The notes below the pieces were generated by a model, which saw only the letters and a list, made by a program, of their open reading frames with translations, did no database searches and had not been told where the DNA came from. Shown in pieces: positions 23,504 through 37,731 of a stretch of DNA of 64,000 bases. Each line of letters begins with the position of its first letter. The first letter of the stretch is position 1. The stretch is from contig NW_025963802.1 in assembly GCF_023055435.1 (NCBI RefSeq), positions 6,944,001 through 7,008,000 of the forward strand. The letters run 5' to 3'. This DNA comes from Haliotis rufescens. Taxonomy: Eukaryota. The position numbers and the translations under genes were made by a program.

Positions 23504-25889
23504 TGTTTGATGAATTTCTCAACAATACATATGCATCGCAATCAAATATGAAATGGAGTTCATCTTCAATGCTTTTAGTATTACACATCCTACAAATTCG
23601 GTTAACAGTTATAGCTTCTTTACATCTGATATTACAGCGCAACGGCAGTTCATGCAATCTCAACAAGCAGATATATCTTCTTAATTCCCTAACATTTATG
23701 TTTGTAACATAATATTCAACAGTCAGCAATGACTTAATATTCGTATCATGTGCAAGTCGTTTTGAATCATTGATAATACTAAAAATGTTTTGTTTTCCAC
23801 AATCTTCTAATCTCTGTCTGAACATCGACAGAAAATATGAAATATCTCAAATATCTTGACTAACCCTTCCATATCCGAAACCATACGTGTATAACAACAA
23901 TCTTACAGCCCCACACCTCCGCCCCATATAACAAAAAAAGGTTTCATCTTACAATCAAACAACTTAAATAACATATTTCCAGGAATATTTGGGTATTTAT
24001 GCTGTAATTGAGCTTTAGTGGCTTTTGAAACAAGAGTATTTGTACATATTGTCAACCTAGTAGAAAACATAATAACTAAAAGAATATAATAGGTTGATGT
24101 CTTTAGTAGCTCTCCATCAAAATACCACTTCTCATAATGTCGTAAATAACCACCATTTAGAAAAAAAAACTAATATTTCTGTCTTATCCATATTTATCTG
24201 TAAGCCCCATGATTTACTATATTTACATAAAATATCAATCTTTCTTTGCAAACCAATAACACTGTAATCAAAAATACAGAAATCATCAGCATACAATAAT
24301 AACAGGAGTTCCAAATAATCTACACCTATGTATATACCTCTTACATCTGCATTTTCCATCAATGATGGAAATTCTGAAATCAACATTGCAAATAAAAACG
24401 GGCTGATAACACAAACTTATCTGACTCCACTTAAACTATCAGTATAATCAGTAATAGTAGTGTTGGATACTCTTACAATTGAGTTTATATTCGAATACAT
24501 ATTTCTCAGTACAGAGAATAATTTACGATGAATACCTTTATTAATTATTGAATACCACAGTAATTTCCTATTAAAAGAATCAAATGCTTTCTTGAAGTTT
24601 ACATAAATAAAGTAAAAACGTCCCCAAATTTTAGATAAATACTTTTGTACACGACATTGCAAAGTGAAACTATTATCCGTTGTGCAATAGCCTTTCCTAA
24701 CTCCTGCCTGGGCCACAGGTATACTGTTAAAGTGATCGGAAAAACGTTTAAGACGCCCATTTAGAATAGAGCAGAATAACTTCCCAAAACTATCCATCAA
24801 AGATATGCCTCTATAATTATTAACACAGTCGAAGCTTCCTTTTTTTATGGAGTGGTACAATAACACTCTCAGCCCATTCTGATGGAAAATTACCCGTTGA
24901 CAAAATAGTATTATACATAACTAACAAATATGGAATTAAAACAGTTCTGCAGCATTGGATCATGTCAGCCGTAATACCATCTGGTCCTGCAGCTTTACCC
25001 TGCTTCAGATCTCTTATGAATGATTCGATCTCTTCCTGTGTAATATCATCATTAAGAATATTATTTACATCATCATCAGTACAGAAATCACACAATTGTT
25101 CATTATGGTTATTTATAACCTAATCTATCTGCTCAATGATATCCGAGTCTACAAGTATATCAGTATGGTTTAAAATATTCAGTCTTAATATAATCAAACC
25201 AATCTTCTTGGCAAATCTGGGTGGAAAGAGGACCACAACTTGTCTTCTTTGTCAATGCGATTATGTTGAATATTTAGAAAGAATCTCCTTATCACCAATA
25301 ACTCTAAACTTGCATTTTTTATCCAGATGCAATTTTTGATTATCTAGCCCTAGAAAGTAATCCGCATGAAATAGAACCACTATGTACAGCATTGGTCAAA
25401 GCTTCAACAGCTAAATCAACATTCAAAGACAATAAATGCATAAACTCATCCATGTGAAGTGCAGACAATGACTCAAAAACATTATGTTTGAAGGCATCAC
25501 ATATTTCATTTCTCCATGTATATCTGGGAATATTATTCACATGCATTTCATTAACATTATTGACCTGTCTATCACATCCATGGAGGGTAAGTAGGAAAGG
25601 AAAGTGACCTGATTCATAGCTTGTCAAAAAAAATAGTTGGGCATAGTACATAATCAACCAAACTAGCGCCACCTTCCTTAAAACAAGTAAATGATCCCCA
25701 GCAAATCGTCTATTTACAATATGGACAGAAAACGTACAACAAAAGTCTACCAGATCCCTCCCGTAATCATTACACACATCATCTCTGGTACTGCGGGGCA
25801 CGTCAAATGCATCCGATACATACTCCATGTCTTATAAACATGTTATAAATATGTTGTTGTCGTCGATAATAAAATCTTTCAAATTACCA

Positions 25890-26155
25890 GACCCGTGAAG
25901 ATTCCGGGGTAGAATATATGTAGGTCTTCAGCAACCCATGCTTGTCGTAAAAGGTGACTATGTTTGTCGTAAAAGGCGACTAACGGGATTGGGTGGTCAG
26001 GCTCGCTGACTCGGTTGATGCATGTCATCGATCCAAATGCTTATGATATTATTCACTGGATTGTCTGGTCCAGACTGTATTATTTACAGACCGCCGTCAT
26101 ATAGCTGGAATATTGCCGAGTGCGGCGTTAAACGACAAACCAATCAACCAACAAA
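25890..26155 (+). mobile_element. SINE B, copy 2
   Basis: Same element and TSD as 11607-11872. Confidence 0.85.
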
Positions 26156-26299
26156 TCAAATTACCATACCGTACATTATAGTCACCAGGAAGAATAATTT
26201 CCCAATCTGGGTGTTCATATAACACAGCAGACAAGCTTTTATCTAAGTACTCTATACCCTTAGGGACTCTATTGTCTGTCATTACTAAGTACAAATGTA

Positions 26300-27679
26300 T
26301 ACTGAACAACAAAAGTGACATTGAATAAGATTTAATGCAAAGTTATGCTTTTTACCAAATCTGAAACAAATTCGGTTTGCTATGGATAAAAGACTCCTGT
26401 ACGTGTTCAAATGGTTTAATTTCCCATACAGACTTCAGAAAAAGCGTGATTTCATAAAACAAAATCAAACCAATCAAATTACATAATTGACATAATCAAT
26501 AAATAAACATAATCAGTAGCGTGTGTGTCCACCTCTGGCAAGCAACTCATCTTCGTCTCATGGAATGGACCAGGCGTCGCACAAAGTCCTGTGGGATATC
26601 TGTCCATATCTGCTGGAGCATGTTTCGAAGTTCCTGCAGGGTCTGTGGAACACGTCGAAGGTTGTCTCTCCATCTCATCCCACATGTGCTCGATTGGTGA
26701 GAGATCAGGGGAGCGAGCCGGCCAGGGAATGACATTCACGTTGTTTTGTTGAAGAGAATCCTGAACAAGTCGAGCAATTTGAGGCCGGGCGTTGTCATGT
26801 TGAAAGGTCATGACCGGGCCATGACGACGCAAAAACGGTAGAACAACAGGGCCGATGATCTCATCGCGGTAGTGCTGTCCATTGAGATTTATCTCTACCA
26901 CTATCAAACAGGTCCTCTGTCTTTCTGTAATCTCACCCCATACCATAACGCTGTCGCCCCCGAACCGATCTTCTTCCATGACACAATGATTGACGTAACG
27001 TTCACCTCGACGTCGGTATACTCGAATGCCTCCATCGCTGTGGATGAGGTGAAAACGAGACTCGTCAGTGAATAGAACTTGTCCTCAGTGCATGACCGTC
27101 CAGCATAGACGCTGTCTGCACCACTGTAGACGTGCTTGAAGGCCAGAGATGCTTCTTGCAGTCACTGTTGCTGGCTGGAATCGATTTCGTAGGTGTGTTG
27201 TTCGAATCAAGTTGTCTTGTCGATTATTGGTTGACTGCATTCGTCTGTTGCCAACGTTGCCTTAAACATCAAATGGTGTTCCTGTGGACATTAAATTGTC
27301 TTGCAACATCACGTTGACTCGATCCTGCTTCAAGCATACCAATGACTCGCAGACGCTCATTTTCGGACAGGCGTTGTTTTTCGTAATGTTGAATAGTTAC
27401 GTAATTTTGTTGTTTTTCTGAGTGGCTGTTGTCAGCACGATGCTAAACAATGCATATGGAATCCCGTTAACGCACATGTTTTCATACCCATGCTTGGGTA
27501 GGGAAATGCATGGGACTTGCATAAAAGTCATCTTTTGCATGGAATACATGCTTTTCTGTAGCAGTTGGGTTTTTTGTGATTTGATTTCCTTGCATGTACT
27601 ACAATATTGAAAACCAGACTTTACTTGTTTGAAAAATACACTAAAATATTGGTGTCACAGGCACTTTTGTTGTTGAGTA
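26300..27679 (-). mobile_element. Tc1 element, copy 2
   Basis: Same insertion; 6-bp deletion in the left TIR and a deletion removing the GRPR linker. Confidence 0.92.
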
Positions 27680-29973
27680 TATTAACAGGATGCACAAAAC
27701 CAACAAGTAAATTACGTGTGAGATTATATATACTCTTATCAAGTAACAGAAATATCATGTCTGTGTAGTCAATAATAACACGGCGCAGACCATGTGATAG
27801 TGAAGTGTGAACACACACAGACACGCCCTCTCGGTAGTTTACCCTCTGCAGTTCGTGTAGACACGGTACTCGGGGAACATAGTCTCTATGCTTTCCTTTG
27901 TGCAGTGTATCTCTAGAAGACCAAAGATATTGTGATCAGTGCAAATAAACTTCAATAAAACTTCATGATTTATTCTATCAAATGCCTTTGAAAAATCAAC
28001 GAAGATGCTATAAAATCTACCATTAGTTTTTGGAGAGATATTTGTGCAAATGCCTGTAATGCCTGTAATGCCAAAAAGTGATCAATAGAAAAATATCCGG
28101 ATCTAAATCCAGCTTAAGGGCTTAATATTCGTGTATAATATTATTAATGTCACACCAGGATTGTAATATTTTATCCAGAATATATGTCAGAACTTTGCAC
28201 AGTGAGTAAATAAGAGATATGCCCCTGTAATTATCTGTAATATAAAACAAGCTACATACATTAATGTTTGTTGATTCATGCACATGTCTACATGCTCGTT
28301 GAGAGGTCAGATGAAGTGAAATGAGGGTTAACGTCACATTCACTTCCCTAGCTACTCGCACTTTGTAAAGGGTCATGCGATTATTCATTTGACCGCTTAC
28401 ACATATGCTAGTTTTGTCGCGGTACCTCATAGTACACATTATCCTCCACAGTGGATATACATGCATATAGTGCTGTTCGTCCTTGATATTGCTTCCTGTA
28501 TAAGGATAGAGTTCACATGGTCCAAAGCAGTGCTTCCTATACATATATATAGTTCACATTATCACAGAGGGTGCCTCCTATACCCGCATATAGTTCGCAT
28601 CGTCCATGCGATACCATGCTGCTGACCAAAGCCCTAGAAACTCGCACAAGCCATGCTGCCAAACACGGTCACCCTTCCATCAACTTTCCACGAGCAACGT
28701 TGCTTAACGTCGCCTGATTTGTGACCTGTGCTTTGTACACGGGGTGCCGTACAATCAATAATGTGAACTATATGTACGCTAAGGACAGTGGGGGTTATTA
28801 TACATATGTAATTATAAATAAACATATATATACATATTAGGAAACTCTGCCTGGGACGATGCGAACTATATGCGGGAATAGGGGGCACACTCTGTAATAA
28901 CTATATACACGAATAGCAAGCACTGCGTTTGTAGAAAGCACTGACAGCGACAATGGGAAGTATATAAATGAATAGGAAGCGCTTTCTGGAATAATGTAAA
29001 CTATTTGCGTGTGTAGGAAGTACTTGCAGCGAAAATGGGAAGTGTAATACGTGTATGGGAAGTACTGTCTGGCACAATGTGAGCTATACACTTACTGAAA
29101 GCACTGCTCGGAACAATGAGATTGTATGGAACATGTATTGTTAGAAACAATATGTATCTAGGCCCTGGATACTATGTCATCATACCAAACATTAACACAA
29201 ATGTGAAACGTATCAATGTACCAATCAGCCTACCAAACGGTAGATGAATAACACCAAACCAACAAATTAAGAGACAATGAATCAGAAATTCAAAAGAGAA
29301 CGTGTTTATTTCAAAACGGTTGAAAAATTAACAAATACAATTGATTGTTATATATGATATAACACAAGTATTGTTCAATATTGTTTCTATTAAAGATGAT
29401 ATACGAATCTTCACACATGATCACACATATATTGATAGTTGCTTTAAGCACCACATCAACAATATATTATACAATATCATACAATGACAAAAAATAAGAA
29501 ACACCTCCTTTATAGATCTATGAAATAGTGCAAGTCATACATATAGAATATGTTTATGTCCTTGACGAATAAATTATACAATGCCATAAACATATACTGC
29601 CAATAATAATGCTACTTGTATGCTTTGATTAAACGCTTTGATGGTGTAACTGATGGATTTACTAACTTAATTGGTTACTAATTCGTTTTGTTCTCATAAA
29701 GTGTAGGCATTATAATCAGGTATAATGTTAACTGACATTTCCGTTAATAATTCCAGCATTATTAGTGAAATGCCATACCTCAATGTACTTGGCATTACTT
29801 ATTTAGTATGAAGACAGTTGAACACAAATGTCAAAAATGTAATGTATTCTGTGATTTAGGCATCTTACAAACCAGGACTAGTAGTGTGGGCTATACATGG
29901 TGGAACACCAAAATGCTATGTTTCAAGTCTTCGGGGTTTATTTGTTGAACTTAAGGGTAGGCCAAGCAACCTC

Positions 29974-32900
29974 TCATCTCCGCCATTTGGTTAAATCGAT
30001 TGTTGGAAGATCGTTGCAGGGTATCAAAGGATTGCTGTGAAATACAAAAATGTGTCACCCAGTTAAAATATTAACATTTCCGTCAGCATATTTCATATGA
30101 TCTGGTTTTATATTCGTATCCTATATAACTGAATGAGCTTGAATATGTTACATTCAAAGTGTGTCACGAGGTGTAAATGGATCCAGGATACAATTCTGAT
30201 TAATGTTCACTAAATGAAGTACGCCAGATATACCCTGTCGCATGTTAATATGAGGTCTGTCTGTGCGAGATAATTAATTACTGACGAACAAAGGAGATGA
30301 ATGTCTTCATTGCCTACCTTTCTTTTGAGTACACTGTAAAAGGATCTCTTTGGATGGACTTCACTCCTGAATTCCTACAAAGAATTTTGGCAAAGCGCAT
30401 TCGTCGGATCTCAGACAGTTGTCCTGAAATAGAAAACGCAATAAATATTTATATATACAATTACTTCTGACAGCAAGAGAGTATCTTTTTTCCAAACTAT
30501 TGTCAGTGAAACACTAAAACATTTTGACATCTTGAATTAGAAATGCAATAAAATTCATATTATGATATAACATTCTCATCTTAAAGGCATATTAAGTTAT
30601 CTCATAAGTACATAGTTTGACATCAACAAAATAGTTTAACAAAACATACAAGCACACAGGAACAGACTGGACGGTACCTAATGTAAAGCCCTTTCTTGGA
30701 TGGGATGTTTCGAACCAGAATGAGTCGCCATATTTCAGGTCATGGAACTGTTGACCAATCAGACAAGCGAGGAGAGGGCCCACTACACCGCCATGCACGT
30801 GCTGTTCAGCTACTGCACCGGTGAAGACGTCGATGTCATCAGGGGATCTGAAGCAAGAATACATAAACGTAAGGAGATCTTGAGAAATGTCAAATAAGGG
30901 TTAAAGTATCTTTATTTAATAAATTTGTTACAATAACTCTGTACACATACAAGAGTAAATTAAATTAGACAAACCTGTATACACTTTTCAAAGCAGCTCC
31001 TGCTTTACCAAATATACTGTCATCAAATGAAGTCACTTCCCATAGCTGACATGCCTTGCGGAAGCTGTTGTATGATGGCAGGCCGTGGTCACGACCTCTC
31101 TGAATGTTCAAGGACACGATGTCAAAGCCATTATTGCCCGACGTCTCAAACAAATGCTCAGTCATCCCTTGTTGATGAATCGGTTAACCTCCTGATGTCT
31201 GTCCTTGAGGATAGCCTTCAGCACGGTGTCCAGATCTTTGATGACCTCAGAAGGTCTGAAGAAGAGCTGTTCTATGGGTACACGTCGATCTCCGAGGGTC
31301 AGGAAACGTGGAATGGTGGAGTGGCCGTATCTGAAGGCGGCGGTGGCGAAAGCGTTGTAGATGGTGGGGTTTTGGGTGAAGTTGTACCTGAAGCTAAAGC
31401 CAGGGGTCAGTCTGTACTTCCTCATGGCCAAGGGCCCAACAATAATGGGCAGCCATTCGCGGTAGGTGACTTGTTGGATGATGGCTGACACGATCTTTCT
31501 GGCCTCCTCAAACAAGACATCATCAGGAGTGGTCGATGGCATGACATCAGCAAGTTCTTTGACAAGACGATTGTGTTCGCGGACAAACATGGTGTGTAGC
31601 ACGGCCAGACCAGGGAACACGTTCACACGGTCGTCACCTGATGATGGAGTTAGTTATAAAGAAGGTGTGAAAGTGTTGTGAATTATCATTCGAAATGTAC
31701 CAAATAGTCATGTGTGAAGTACAATATAAAAAGATTCTGAAAATAGTACTACGGATACATTAATAATTAAGTTGTATTTACCAGCTTCAAAACACCATTC
31801 GTTGGTATTGCTTGTTCGACAGTTGCCTTGGTTGGATTCTGGCAACAGGTTATCGCCCTTGGTTTTCATGTAGGCTGAAAAGTTGAATGACGACATTTAT
31901 TTGTATATACCAATTTCTCTCCACGGTATTTGCCACATTTTAAAATATTTGTTTGATCATGAATTATAATTTAAAACAAAATATTGCCTGACTTACGTCC
32001 ATTCCTGAGGTGATTGATCTGATCCTGACTGAGGCCGTACACGTTAGAGGCGTCCACAAAGGACGTCAGTAGGTTCAACTGTTCTCGAGTATCTGGAAGT
32101 CACATGGTTTTAAATTAAATATGGATGTTATCATACAGTGCTGTTTATGGCTTTCGTTACTTAATAAGATGAGCATAAAAATAATGACAGAACAATCCTT
32201 CATTGAAATGAGGTAACCTACACAGCCTTGTATTCATATACTCACTCCTTCCAGGTGCTGGGGCTGATCTTTTGAACTCCATGCAGTTCTTTTGGAAATG
32301 TCCTTCATTTACTGGCATGGTGATTGGGAAACAAGGACCGCTGGAACAGTGAAATACAACCATTGTTATGATAATGTTTATGATATGTTATGATACACAA
32401 ACACATGCTTATGATATAGTCGGAATCGTACGGTAGACTTTTATAATCATGGAAAAGGTTGTATCCCTTTCATCCCAATTCTAAACATGTATACAATGTC
32501 ACGTAATTTTAAAGTTTATTATTTCTGATTCATTTATTTCAAATATCTCGACCAGTTATTTCCATTAACACAAACAGAATGATTAAGTGTGGAAAATATA
32601 GAATGTTAATTGCTTACCCAGCTCGTACATCAGAATGCATCTCTCCAGGTGTGTGACCATCGCAACATTTTGATTGAACATCACCTTGAAGGAATATGAG
32701 GATTTGTTAAGTTAATACAAAGATTTAGATGCATATCGTAATTATTGAAATAGGTTCGAAAAATATGGATCACAAAAACAAATATATCACAGTTTGTCTG
32801 ATTTCATCATCACACGTCTGGTCACTTTGATGGTCAGAGGGTATTGGCCATTTGGCACCTACCTGCATGGAGAGGAGTTCCGGTGAGATCGTGGTCAACA

Positions 32901-35064
32901 AACTGCCCCCACTGCATCACCATCACCGTGTGGTCGTCAGAAGGACTGTCAACTCCCGGATGGACGGCCACACTGATGGCGCGTGGACTGGGAAGGGGAT
33001 AACCATCAACGCCTCTCATTCGGGGAACGAACTTGCCTGAAAAGTCAAACCTTTGCTTTTAAAGTTCACTAAAGTATGGTTAGTTGTAATATTGATGGGG
33101 CATAACTAAATGTCCCCATTGGAATACTTACAAGACTTGCTTCCAAACGGTCTGATTTATTTATGAAAATCGCCCTGGTCATAAGCATGAAATAATGATT
33201 TTTAAGTTCTAATATCAATGTGAAGAAAGTCAGTTCTTTACCATCATCATATGCAGGATCAATAAATCTCTTGAATGGTTGGTTGGTTGATCCCCAGGTT
33301 GGCCAGCGAGCATTGTTGCAACTTCCGTCCATTGTCCGGTAGCGGGCGTCTTGTCTGCAGTCGATAGAGCGCCGTCTGTAAAAGTGAATGGTGTTATCAA
33401 GTCTAATGATAATTGGTGTAGGTATCAACTATATTAAACTCTCAACCACAAACGAAGTGTCCATAGATGAGAGTTAGTACGAAACTGACCTGATGGTGTG
33501 TTTGTCTTGATACTTGGATGTGCTGATGTCTTCTATGGAAATCTGAGACGTCTCGGCGGCGTCAGCCAGTGTACAAACAACATACTTGTCTTTGTCATCA
33601 CCTACGTCAAAGTAAAGGCATTAATACACTGCTTACTATCATGGGACAATTTCAGAGTACTTTAACTTCGAAAGTCTGATCAAAGGTCGCACCATCTGAA
33701 CTGGATGATGTTCTATAGTGGATAATGATGTTTGAGAACGCGTATCAGCAAAATATTTGTTTTAAATAATCGGAATTTGTCATCTGTATGTCCCATATGC
33801 AATAAATCCTCTGAAACATATGTATGATCAGATTTGTCAGTTAACCCAATAGACAAATCATGGATAGTGATGCCGTTAATGTTGAATAATTAGACTTCTT
33901 ACCATGCAGGAGTCTGAACAAGATGTCAATTCTGTTTTCTCTGTCCAGCGTTTGTCCATCAACTATTCCTTGGTGGTCACCCCAAGTCGTTGGTGAAGTT
34001 TTTGTCGCACCCTCTAATAGGTAAATAAGTTCAGAGTATAGAGATATAGGGTTGTTACAGATTATGAATGCAATCACAAAAACTTTCATACTTTGCCACC
34101 CCACATTTTGTTCTATTTAGTGGCGTTAAACGGGGTCTTTGAATATGTCTGGAAATATCAACACAAGTCATTTCACGTGCATCTTTCAGGGTATACCCAA
34201 ACACATATTTATTCATCTTATCTCTCAATCTTAGAATTCAAGAGAACATCATTATCTCCAACAATCCCTTCTTCAAATGTGTACCCCGAAGTGTAACAAT
34301 ACAACCGGTGTGAACTTACTGTTCGTTGATGACTCATCAGTGACATCGTCAAGGAATTTCGTGTTCATCTGATGATCCATTCCAACCAGATCTGATTGTA
34401 TTGCCTTGACTGAAGGTAAGGTAGTTTTTAGTCAAACAACTGGTATCACAAAATATAATATCCGTACATTAAAACATTCAAACTATATTTAGTGACATTG
34501 ATTTCATCAAAGGTCCGTCTCTACATTGAAGGACTAAGCATAATAGTAAGTAGAAATTTGGCATCTTTAACACAGATATCTCATTATTTCAGCATATTAC
34601 ATGATGCCAGTTGCGTGAGTAACGCCCAAGCAGATGAAACTAAAATAGTATTATTCAATCCTTCACTATAGCTTGTCAAGATTTGGTTCATAATTTTTAA
34701 AACACTATACTCACGTTGCTCAATGACGGAATCTATGTGGTTAACCTATAAGGGAATGAGTAAACATAGGTTAAATAATCGGTCTAGGGTAAAACAGATG
34801 TGATAATCTCAAACACCGTATGCCACCCGTTACTTTAAACATGATGAGAGAAAGAAGTTTTAGAACAATAAACCCAGAGTAAGTAATTACATGACATTTC
34901 TTATATATACTGATTTTCTACAGACATTCATGACTAGCCAGATAAATACCAATACTGATAATGAGAAGAAAAGATAAAAGAAGAAACAAAACACAACCTA
35001 CCTCTGTGTCCGCCTCTCCAGCAGTGACCATGGTCAACATACAAACAAACAACACAACTTTCAT
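29974..35064 (-). pseudogene. Heme peroxidase copy 3, frameshifted in exon 12
   Basis: At ~31169 the plus strand reads CATCCCTTGTTG versus CATCCCACTGTTG in the other copies (net -1). The 220-aa exon ORF splits into 154 and 66 aa pieces and stops at FINKG*, before LNIQRGRDHG. An assembly error cannot be excluded. Confidence 0.8.
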
Positions 35065-36589
35065 CGTTTCTGCTTCTGTCCAGTACAAAGTGGGAATGTC
35101 TGATACACCAAAGATGGGACCTTGTATTTATACTCATATTCCTGGATTAAATCAACACAGATTACCCTAGAATTCACACTCCCCTGCTGGGTATTATCCG
35201 ACATATCTACATGGGGGAGCTAAACATCTTGGATTATGCGGAGGCAGGCTGATTATCCCGGAGCAGCGTCATCGCCGCCATTGTTCTTGGTGTGGTGTAT
35301 AAACATCAATAACGAGGTAGTTGGTAACTGTTTCTCACCAGGGGGTATTATCAGAGGGCATTGTTGAGATTATATATAATAGTAACATATTAATAATAAC
35401 TGAAACGGGAGAAAATGTAAGTTTCTTGTTTTTTGACTGAAAATACAAATAAAATAATTCATGTCTCCCAAAATCTCTATGAACTTCTCCATAAGATATG
35501 TCACGTGACCCTTCCCTTGAGATATGTAGTTCTTTTAGCTTGAACATCACAAAAACCTTATCAGTGTATTCGCTTTAAGGTTACTCACGTTTTTGTATTC
35601 GGTTTTGCTATTGTAATCGCTAAACAAATGTACTTAGAGAACATATATTCAGTACACCATCTCTTCCGAATTCATTNNNNNNNNNNNNNNNNNNNNNNNN
35701 NNNNNNNNNNNNNNNNNNNNNNNNNNNNNNNNNNNNNNNNNNNNNNNNNNNNNNNNNNNNNNNNNNNNNNNNNNNNNNNNNNNNNNNNNNNNNNNNNNNN
35801 NNNNNNNNNNNNNNNNNNNNNNNNNNNNTTATAATTGAGATATGTATGTACCACATAAAATGTACGACTGGACTTCGTGTTTATGAATAAGTGGAAAATT
35901 TGCGATTACATGTAATTGTCAGTTCCTATTAGCAATATCGATGATTGACAATTAGTTTAAAAAGTTGATCCTATATGTATTATTTCATTACATTGAGGGA
36001 CTAGAAAATCCTCCAGACACAAAACGTAGTGACCATTTCAATGCATTTGTCTCCCAGTACTTGTCTGCAAAGCTTGTCAAGAACAACTCGTGATGAGAAG
36101 CGGATTACCAACTGTCTCATTGTAATGATACCACTCTTAGAACAATTACAGTTGATGAGGACACGCCCAGATCAACACCATTCATTTATATAATCCCGGA
36201 TTTGTGGTAAAAACAAGACTGTAACTTATCACGGATTATCATCAGCGACAGCGGATTACGGGATAATCTGATTTAGTGTATTCGGCAAACATGGTTGTCC
36301 AAATATGTAAGAACCATGCCCGATCTATCCGCTCTCATGTGCCAAATATTAATACAATCATTGCTGTTTAGAGCAACCTACATGTGCATCTGTATTCCTC
36401 TATAGCACGTTCAGTGTTCTAAATGTATCTTTTAAAAGTATATATATTCATATACATACAATAATACGATACAATAATACGAATGCTTCATTATCCTGCA
36501 TACACAGTTGTTGATATTAAATATTTGTTTTCCCATTTCTCATTGTAAAACCTTAAGTTAAGAAAATAGACAAATGTTATCTCTGAAGA

Positions 36590-36757
36590 GTGAGTGAGGT
36601 AGTATCTTTTTTCGCCGCTTTTGACAATTTTCCAGCAATATCAAGGCGTGGGACACCAGAAATGAGCTTCACACATTGTATCCATGTAGGGAATGGAGCC
36701 CGTGTCTTCGGTGTAACGAGCGAACACTTTAACCACTAGGCTACCCCACCGCTCCTC
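36590..36757 (-). mobile_element. tRNA-derived SINE A, copy 3
   Basis: Same element and TSD as 8081-8250. Confidence 0.85.
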
Positions 36758-37684
36758 TCTCTGAAGAATTCATAAGATGGATAATGTTTCAGTTCCTGGA
36801 TTATCTGTATAATATTGTTGTATATATTGCTTTCTGAACTGGGAGTAGCGTTCACATATCATCATCACACGGTATTCATCTTCTACACTCCTCATATTTT
36901 TCTTCAAACAGAACTCGCAATATCTTTCATCATGAGGAATATTATTGTGTCTTCCAATCTGAACACATAATCCAAAAATATTTCATCTAAATTTTGCTAA
37001 ATGCCAATTAATATATTGAGGTATGTTTATTGTTAGATATGATTCAGTATTGTGAAGTGACGTATATTGTTTATAGTACTTGCACTTTGATGAACTTTCC
37101 AAGGATGAGTGCCAATTTGTTGAAGATCCTTGTTTAAATTAGTTTTAAAGATTTCAGCATCTCCCATGTTCTGCTGAATCCAGACTATACCAAATCCTAG
37201 ATGAAATATAATATTCATAATTGAAGTAACCCATGTGTGTCTTCCAGCATTATCAATAGATATAAGTATAATGTAAATCTGATATGGTAGTCTATTATTG
37301 TAGAGGTGAATTAATATAGTCCAGTATTTTATATCTATTGTCATGTAAATACATTCTCTGCCAGTCTGCCACACTCTCCAAGAACCATGTTATTAAGAGT
37401 AATATTATTAAATCTAGGAAATCGTTTGCCGAATACAGTCTATGTACTTTCCATTTACTTGTTATATGAAATTCCCCAGATTTCAGCACCATAACACAAT
37501 ATTGGAACTATCATGCCGTCAAACGTTTTCAAGTTGTCTTCATGTGATAAATATCCGAATTTCTTTTGATAATTAAAGATGTTGATGAGTGATTTCTTGG
37601 CTTGAGCAGAAAGTAAGTTTATTTTCTGCTTCGAAGGCCGTCGGCCCATGTACACAGTTGATACAACAATATCCATAGACAGTC

Positions 37685-37731
<47 letters not shown>

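Larger units (their letters stand above)
23392..27790 (-). mobile_element. Decayed LINE A, copy 2
   Basis: Same RT/APE remnants in ORFs 24132-25828; boundaries approximate. Confidence 0.88.
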
